In this document: piece by piece, positions 60,301 through 64,000 of the stretch
Layout of the letters: every line of letters starts with the position of its first letter
Position numbering within the stretch: position 1 is the first letter of the stretch
Origin: Methylobacter marinus A45
GTDB taxonomy: Bacteria; Pseudomonadota; Gammaproteobacteria; Methylococcales; Methylomonadaceae
Direction of reading: 5' to 3'
NCBI RefSeq assembly: GCF_000383855.1
Contig: NZ_KB912877.1
Location: forward strand, 3,328,282 to 3,392,281
Length of the DNA: 64,000 nucleotides
Made by a program: the position numbers and the translations under genes
Notes under the pieces: generated by a model
What the model was told of the DNA's origin: nothing
Databases searched by the model: none
Seen by the model: the letters and a program-made list of their open reading frames with translations, nothing else

Positions 60301-60768
60301 CAGTTCCAGCGCCAGGGACATGATGGAGGCCTCGAGCGCAAACAGCGTGAAGGTAAACGAGGCGTAAATCAATGAGGTGACCGTCGAGCCGATGTAGCCG
60401 AACCCGGCGCTGCGGGTCATCAGGTCGATGTCGATGTTGTAGCGGGCCGCGTAATAGCTGATCGGGAAACTGGTGATAAAAATGATCAGGCCGACGGCCA
60501 GAATGGCCCAGAAGGCATTGGTAAAACCGTAGTTGATGGACAGAAAGCCGCCTATCGCTTCCAGGACCAGGAAGGAGGTGGAGCCGAACGCGGTATTCGC
60601 CACCTGAAATTCGGACCATTTGCGAAACGTGCGCGGCGCAAACCGGAGCGCATAGTCCTCCAGCATTTCGTTGGCGACCCAGGCGTTATAGTCATGGCGA
60701 ATTTTTGAGATGTTGTGTCGGATACCGGCTTCCTTGGTGGGTTTGGTAAAAAATTTACCCCACGGCAT
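57367..60768 (-). CDS. Hybrid sensor histidine kinase with N-terminal ~480-aa transporter-like (NCS1/solute-permease-like) 12-TM domain, Cys-rich linker, HisKA-HATPase core and two receiver domains
   Basis: Polytopic membrane N-terminus, then CSICENHFEREDMAYCPVYKGGICSLCCTLDSRCMDAC. H-box SMSHEIRTPLNSIIGY. N/G boxes (INLLGNAIKFT, GSGLGLTISK). Two REC domains (ILVVDDQPEH...DLILLDLSMPGLDG and a C-terminal pseudo/true receiver with DILQDLAG). Confidence 0.8.
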   Translation of the reverse strand: MPWGKFFTKPTKEAGIRHNISKIRHDYNAWVANEMLEDYALRFAPRTFRKWSEFQVANTAFGSTSFLVLEAIGGFLSINYGFTNAFWAILAVGLIIFITSFPISYYAARYNIDIDLMTRSAGFGYIGSTVTSLIYASFTFTLFALEASIMSLALELYFHIPLAMAHIISAVIVIPLVTFGITTISHLQLWTQPLWLVLLIAPYIAVFVREPESLMTLQAYFGIAGSGRDFDWLLFGSAATIAFSMVAQIGEQVDFLRFMPELTEKNRLRWWLGTLSAGPGWILFGMARQLGGALLAHLAVRHGIDPVHAHEPTQMYLVAYGELFGNTELALAATTLFVVISQVKINVTNAYAGSLAWSNFFSRLTHSHPGRVIWLLFNVSIALLLMEFGVFGALEKVLGLFSNISIAWISAVAAELLINKPLGLSPKAVEFKRAYLPDLNPVGILATLCASVVSILAYLGLFGAHAQAFSAFIALGLAFVLVPCIAWVYGRERYLSRDIGHHHPDQLGRCSICENHFEREDMAYCPVYKGGICSLCCTLDSRCMDACKPGMRLDDYLHNLAEYCLPGRLNLTVRLRLIRFSLLFLFLTVLTSVFVGIIYYQDLLTAEPYPPSFNLLLENFVKVYASLLVFIGLCTWWLILNDESRRVAHEETDRQTQRLLMEIAEHKKTDAKLQQAINMADRANSAKSRFLSSMSHEIRTPLNSIIGYAYILQKDPAIPAHRRQAVDILKRNSEHLSSLIEDILDIARIEARKFELRREPIDFPNFIEHLVSIFKPQAEDKGLSFHCQIVNTLPQRVRGDEKRVGQILINLLGNAIKFTSTGEIILRIGYSCGVTTFQVIDTGPGIRQDQLTNIFQPFTQLPNESLTGGSGLGLTISKILCEIMGGELAVASDQGQGATFTVRLLLPNLGGKQQYIQEEDIVGYRGKHRSILVVDDQPEHRQLVASILEPLGFGLAGAGSGEDCLVQVQNDPPDLILLDLSMPGLDGAETAHRLRLKDYAGPIIVLSANAYPADRVNAVNAGCSDFLSKPLQVSELLYKLKLHLALDWRYQEDDAEPRGDYQTPSPDILQDLAGYVRIGDLMSVNQYLAELIERQPQYGHFARRIMALAGEFRLAEIKQLLPVANEEQTGDDQ

Positions 60769-60959
60769 TGGTTAAATTACCTCCTCGACATAGCAATAAG
60801 CGCACCAGACAGCATTGGGCACGGCCAATGCGCGAAAAAAAGCGGCATCCATAAAGAACCTTGAGCCACATTGGTGCGCTAGCTCTGGCTCTGCACCAAA
60901 ATAGGCTGCGCTGAAATGCTTTTGGTCAGTTCCGATAATGTTTTTTATTCACTGATATT

Positions 60960-61250
60960 ACGTACGTGAGCGGTTTCATCCCGTTTGCCGCGCCGAGCAT
61001 CGCAGCTTTCGCCGAGAACAGCCCGAAGGGGCGCTTCATGGATGAAGCGCGTTGCCAAAGGGACAGGAGTCCCTTTGGCAACCCTCGGCGAAAGCGAGGA
61101 GCGCAGGAAGCAAGCGGCAACCGGGCGGCCTTTTCTTTGGTTACTTTCTTTTGGCCGCGCAAAAGAAAGTAACTCGCCTTCGGGTGCGATAAACCCGATT
61201 AAATAAAACCGTCGCGCTAGCGACACCTTATTAAATCGATTTAACATCAG
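60960..61250. other. Highly structured intergenic region with nested perfect palindromes
   Basis: Hairpins gcgcttcat-gg-atgaagcgc, ttgccaaagggac-aggag-gtccctttggcaa, gttactttcttttg-gccgcg-caaaagaaagtaac and gtcgc-gcta-gcgac, enclosed by the cgccgag...ctcggcg pairing. Confidence 0.4.
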
Positions 61251-61328
61251 CTGGCCGCGTAATATCAGTTAATCAGGAGCTTCATATACCAGCAGGGCGA
61301 CTTCGCCCCGCGTGCCCGCATGAGTCAA

Positions 61329-62129
61329 TCACCGTCTTTCATGCCCAAAACGTAAAATCACCGGCGCCCCCTGGTTGTGAATGATGATTTGTTTACGGCC
61401 TTCGCTGGTGGAGGTGATCGCCTTGCCGGACGCCTTCGCGTCTGCTTCCTCCTCTCCCTCAATCGGCCCGGTCACGGTTTCGATGCGCACTTCCGGCATC
61501 CAGCCGGGCTTGACGCCGGAAGCCGGCTGGTCCGGCGTTTTATCGGGCCAGTCCAGTTCATTCAGCAGATTGAAACAGACGGTGCTGATGTGATCGACCA
61601 GTTTGTCGATGCCGACGGCTTGCCCCGCGCGTTTGCCGAAAGCGCTACCGACCGCGAAGTCCATGTGCAGATAACGGGTTTGTTCGGGGCGGGCGATAAA
61701 CGTCAGTTCGCAGCTGATGGGCAGCACGTCGGTTTTTTGAAAGCCGGGCGCCCGGGGATCGGAATCGCCGGCGGAAAATGAAAAACCGGTCGGCGTTTCG
61801 CCGTATTCGATCGCGCCGATTTCGGCGGTCAGGGTGTGGCTGGCCGCCTGGCTGTCATCGGCGCTGACGGGATAGCTCCAGCCGGCCAGGTTGTCGGCGA
61901 TCCGGGCCGCGATGCCGGGTCGGGACAGGGCTGTCGCTAACGTCGGTTGCCGGATCGCGCCGATCTTGAAGGCAATGTGTTCGACCCGCGCGGTATCGAG
62001 CCGCACCTGCCGTTTTTCCGGTCCCGCGGCACAGGCGGTCAATGCGCAGGCGATTGCCGCGGATTTGAAAAACAGGCGGCTGGCGGCGGGTAGTGGCTTG
62101 ATCATAGGTGTCCGTAGGTCAGGGTGCAA
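61329..62129 (-). CDS. Hypothetical lipoprotein
   Basis: Lipobox AIACALTAC after a hydrophobic segment. The start is probably the internal Met at 62105 (MIKPLPAASRLFF...). No recognisable catalytic motifs. Confidence 0.5.
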   Translation of the reverse strand: MHPDLRTPMIKPLPAASRLFFKSAAIACALTACAAGPEKRQVRLDTARVEHIAFKIGAIRQPTLATALSRPGIAARIADNLAGWSYPVSADDSQAASHTLTAEIGAIEYGETPTGFSFSAGDSDPRAPGFQKTDVLPISCELTFIARPEQTRYLHMDFAVGSAFGKRAGQAVGIDKLVDHISTVCFNLLNELDWPDKTPDQPASGVKPGWMPEVRIETVTGPIEGEEEADAKASGKAITSTSEGRKQIIIHNQGAPVILRFGHERR

Positions 62130-62315
62130 AGGTATTGAAACTCTAATCGAGCGGCCGGTGCGCGGCTATACGTCATCTGACTGATGAGTCAGATGACGCA
62201 TTGTCGAAATATCCCCCAGACAAAATAATTCTCGCCAGCCGGTTTTTTCGGCCGCGTTCGGGCCTTCCGGATGCAACATCAAATCATGTTTTTTAAAGTT
62301 TGGGGGGAACCTGAC

Positions 62316-63548
62316 ATGAGCGATTCTGTAGAAACAACGTCCGAAACACGAAAAAATCGGCTTCTTTCCGCCATCAGCCTGCTGGCGCTGGCGGCCGGCC
62401 ATGCGTCGACCGCGCAGGCGGGCGCGACATTCAAAATCGACGACACCAAATGGGTCAGCATCGGTGCCGGTTTGCGCACCAGTTTTCAATCCGTCGAAGG
62501 CGCGTCCGGCGCCAATGGCAATAAATGGAGCAACGACTTTAATCTGGACAATATTCGTTTGTACATCAACGGGCAAATTCATGAATATTTGAAGGTGGAG
62601 TTCAACACCGATTGCCAGACCTGCAGCAATGGCGGGGAAGTAAGGGTGCTGGATGCGATCGGCAAGTTCGAGTACAACCCCTACGTTAACCTTTGGGTGG
62701 GCCGCATGCTGGTGCCGGCCGAACGCCGGGAAATGAACGGCCCGTTTTACAGCGGCATCTACAATATTTTCAGCGCCGGCACGCCGTTCGAGCCGGCCGA
62801 CTTCAACCTGACCATTAAATCGGACGGCACGTCCGCCGGTTCTTTCGGCCGCGATGACGGCGCCACGTTCTGGGGGGCGGCGTTTGACGGCCGTTTGCAG
62901 TATGCCTTCGGCTTTTTTCGCGGCCTGAGAGGCGGCGCCAATGTCGACGACAATATCCTGTATGCCCAGCGCATCGCGTACAACTTCTGGGATGTCGAGA
63001 AAAATCCCGGCTATTACACCTCCGGCACGTACTACGGCAAGGGCGGCGATATCCTGACCGTCGCGGTCACCAACCAGTACCAGGAAGACGGCGCCGGCAC
63101 GTTCGACGATGCCGGCAATTTCCGCGGCACTTCGGTCGACGTGCTGATGGAAAAAGTGCTGGGCAACGGCGGCGTCGTGACCTTGAACGGCGAGTACAAA
63201 AACTACGGCATTACCGACGGCTACAGCCAGGCCTCGCGCGATGCCGGCGGCGGCTTCGCCATGTTCGAGGGCAACGCCTACGACATCAGCGGCATGTACC
63301 TGTTCCCGCAACAAATCGGCATCGGCCAGTTTCAGCCGTATGTGCGCTATGTGAATGTCCTGCCGGACGGCAGTTCCGACCGCGATGTCGTCGAAGGCGG
63401 CGTGAACTACGTCATCGACGGCCATAACGCCCGCGTGTCCTTGAGCTGGCAGTACGGCGACCTGCTGACCAAGGGGCTCGATTACTCATCAACCGCCTCG
63501 GGCGATGACGTCAACGCCATTAAGCTGGGCTTCCAGTGGCAAATTTAA
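62316..63548 (+). CDS. Outer-membrane beta-barrel porin-like protein
   Basis: Signal peptide (LLSAISLLALAAGHASTAQA) chosen over the upstream extension. Alternating amphipathic beta-strand pattern rich in Gly/Tyr/Asn/Asp throughout. The C-terminal aromatic end (LGFQWQI) is typical of OM barrels. Confidence 0.55.
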   Translation: MSDSVETTSETRKNRLLSAISLLALAAGHASTAQAGATFKIDDTKWVSIGAGLRTSFQSVEGASGANGNKWSNDFNLDNIRLYINGQIHEYLKVEFNTDCQTCSNGGEVRVLDAIGKFEYNPYVNLWVGRMLVPAERREMNGPFYSGIYNIFSAGTPFEPADFNLTIKSDGTSAGSFGRDDGATFWGAAFDGRLQYAFGFFRGLRGGANVDDNILYAQRIAYNFWDVEKNPGYYTSGTYYGKGGDILTVAVTNQYQEDGAGTFDDAGNFRGTSVDVLMEKVLGNGGVVTLNGEYKNYGITDGYSQASRDAGGGFAMFEGNAYDISGMYLFPQQIGIGQFQPYVRYVNVLPDGSSDRDVVEGGVNYVIDGHNARVSLSWQYGDLLTKGLDYSSTASGDDVNAIKLGFQWQI

Positions 63549-63577
63549 ACCTTCTTTAACACTTCAGGATGACTACT

Positions 63578-64000
63578 ATGAATAGACTATCTTCAAAACT
63601 GCGCAGCCTCGGTATCGCCGGCACCCTCGCGTTACTGACTTCGACGGCCGGCGCGGCCAAGGCCGAGGACACCATCAAGGTCGGCGTGCTGCATTCGTTG
63701 TCCGGCACCATGGCGATCAGCGAAACCACGCTCAAGGACACGATGCTGATGCTGATTGACGAACAGAACAAGAAAGGCGGCCTGCTCGGCAAAAAGCTCG
63801 AAGCCGTGGTCGTCGATCCGGCCTCCAACTGGCCGCTGTTCGCCGAAAAAGCCCGTGAACTGCTGACCAAGGACAAGGTGGCGTCGATCTTCGGCTGCTG
63901 GACGTCGGTGTCGCGAAAATCCGTCCTGCCGGTGGTGGAAGAGCTTAACGGCCTGCTGTTCTACCCGGTGCAGTACGAAGGCGAGGAGTCGTCCAAGAAC
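63578..64000 (+). CDS. urtA: Urea/amide ABC transporter substrate-binding protein UrtA (5' part; continues beyond window)
   Basis: Signal peptide followed by [23 protein letters not shown]...[30 protein letters not shown]...[34 protein letters not shown], which is near-canonical for UrtA. No stop codon before the window end. Confidence 0.75.
   Translation, partial: MNRLSSKLRSLGIAGTLALLTSTAGAAKAEDTIKVGVLHSLSGTMAISETTLKDTMLMLIDEQNKKGGLLGKKLEAVVVDPASNWPLFAEKARELLTKDKVASIFGCWTSVSRKSVLPVVEELNGLLFYPVQYEGEESSKN

Noticed and set aside
57412-60619. Several ORFs in both strands (57412-57918, 57949-58557, 58681-59619, 59837-60619)
   Set aside because: All lie within the hybrid histidine-kinase gene in other frames or antisense. 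The kinase frame carries the H-box, N/G boxes and receiver motifs.
1-64000. Search for CRISPR arrays, rRNA and tRNA genes
   Set aside because: No regularly spaced direct repeats with unique spacers were seen; all repeat clusters are inverted or palindromic. No stretch resembling 16S/23S/5S rRNA or a tRNA cloverleaf (GTTC-type T-arm with acceptor pairing) was recognised by eye in the intergenic regions. A tRNA scan with a covariance model would be needed for certainty.

Overview
This 64-kb window reads as a gene-dense accessory region of a proteobacterial chromosome at roughly 55-60% GC, carrying several families of small palindromic repeats.

Annotated features, in order:
- 57-1616 (-): a di-haem cytochrome c peroxidase-like gene.
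- 3477-7167 (+): a Sel1-repeat/caspase-like lipoprotein followed by a Ser/Thr kinase with a TPR tail.
- ~7298-14028: a type VI secretion cargo island bounded by ~45-bp direct repeats. It holds VgrG, a DUF4123 adaptor, PAAR, a small unknown protein, a WHH-type HNH nuclease effector, two tandem SUKH/Smi1-like immunity paralogs and a Cdc123/D123-like ATP-grasp protein.
- 14241-16831 (-): an HvfABC-like operon, made up of a DUF2282 Cys-rich precursor, a DUF692 (MbnB-like) enzyme, a DUF2063 partner and DoxX. An internally deleted IS200-like element sits 37 bp upstream of the precursor gene.
- 17670-18916 (-): an ECF sigma / zinc anti-sigma pair with a Cys-rich small protein downstream and a small secreted protein upstream.
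- 19033-26425: an AraC regulator, SRPBCC, AhpD-like, beta-propeller, SDR, fatty-acid desaturase and glycine-zipper lipoprotein genes.
- 26748-28586 (-): a GH13 alpha-amylase-family enzyme.
- 28939-33022: a YjfI / PspA(IM30) / YqiJ / flotillin membrane-stress cluster.
- 33330-39074: a zinc-ribbon gene plus a 1730-aa ORF with a C-terminal AAA+ ATPase domain, bracketed by inverted ~160-bp palindromic MITE copies.
- 39614-39943 (+): a tandem RHH protein.
- 40502-49860: a divergent 1124-aa secreted enzyme and a TPR / J-like / GrpE-like / truncated-Hsp70 / zinc-ribbon operon.
- 49964-53363: DUF427, VOC, P450 and PhnA genes.
- 53608-54780 (-): a sigma-54 activator truncated by a second identical IS200-like element.
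- 56436-60768 (-): a LuxR-type response regulator with a hybrid histidine kinase that carries a transporter-like N-terminus.
- 61329-64000: a lipoprotein, a porin-like gene and a partial UrtA.

The part most likely to be a previously undescribed system is the repeat-bracketed zinc-ribbon / AAA+ pair at 33055-39390. No rRNA, tRNA or CRISPR array was recognised.
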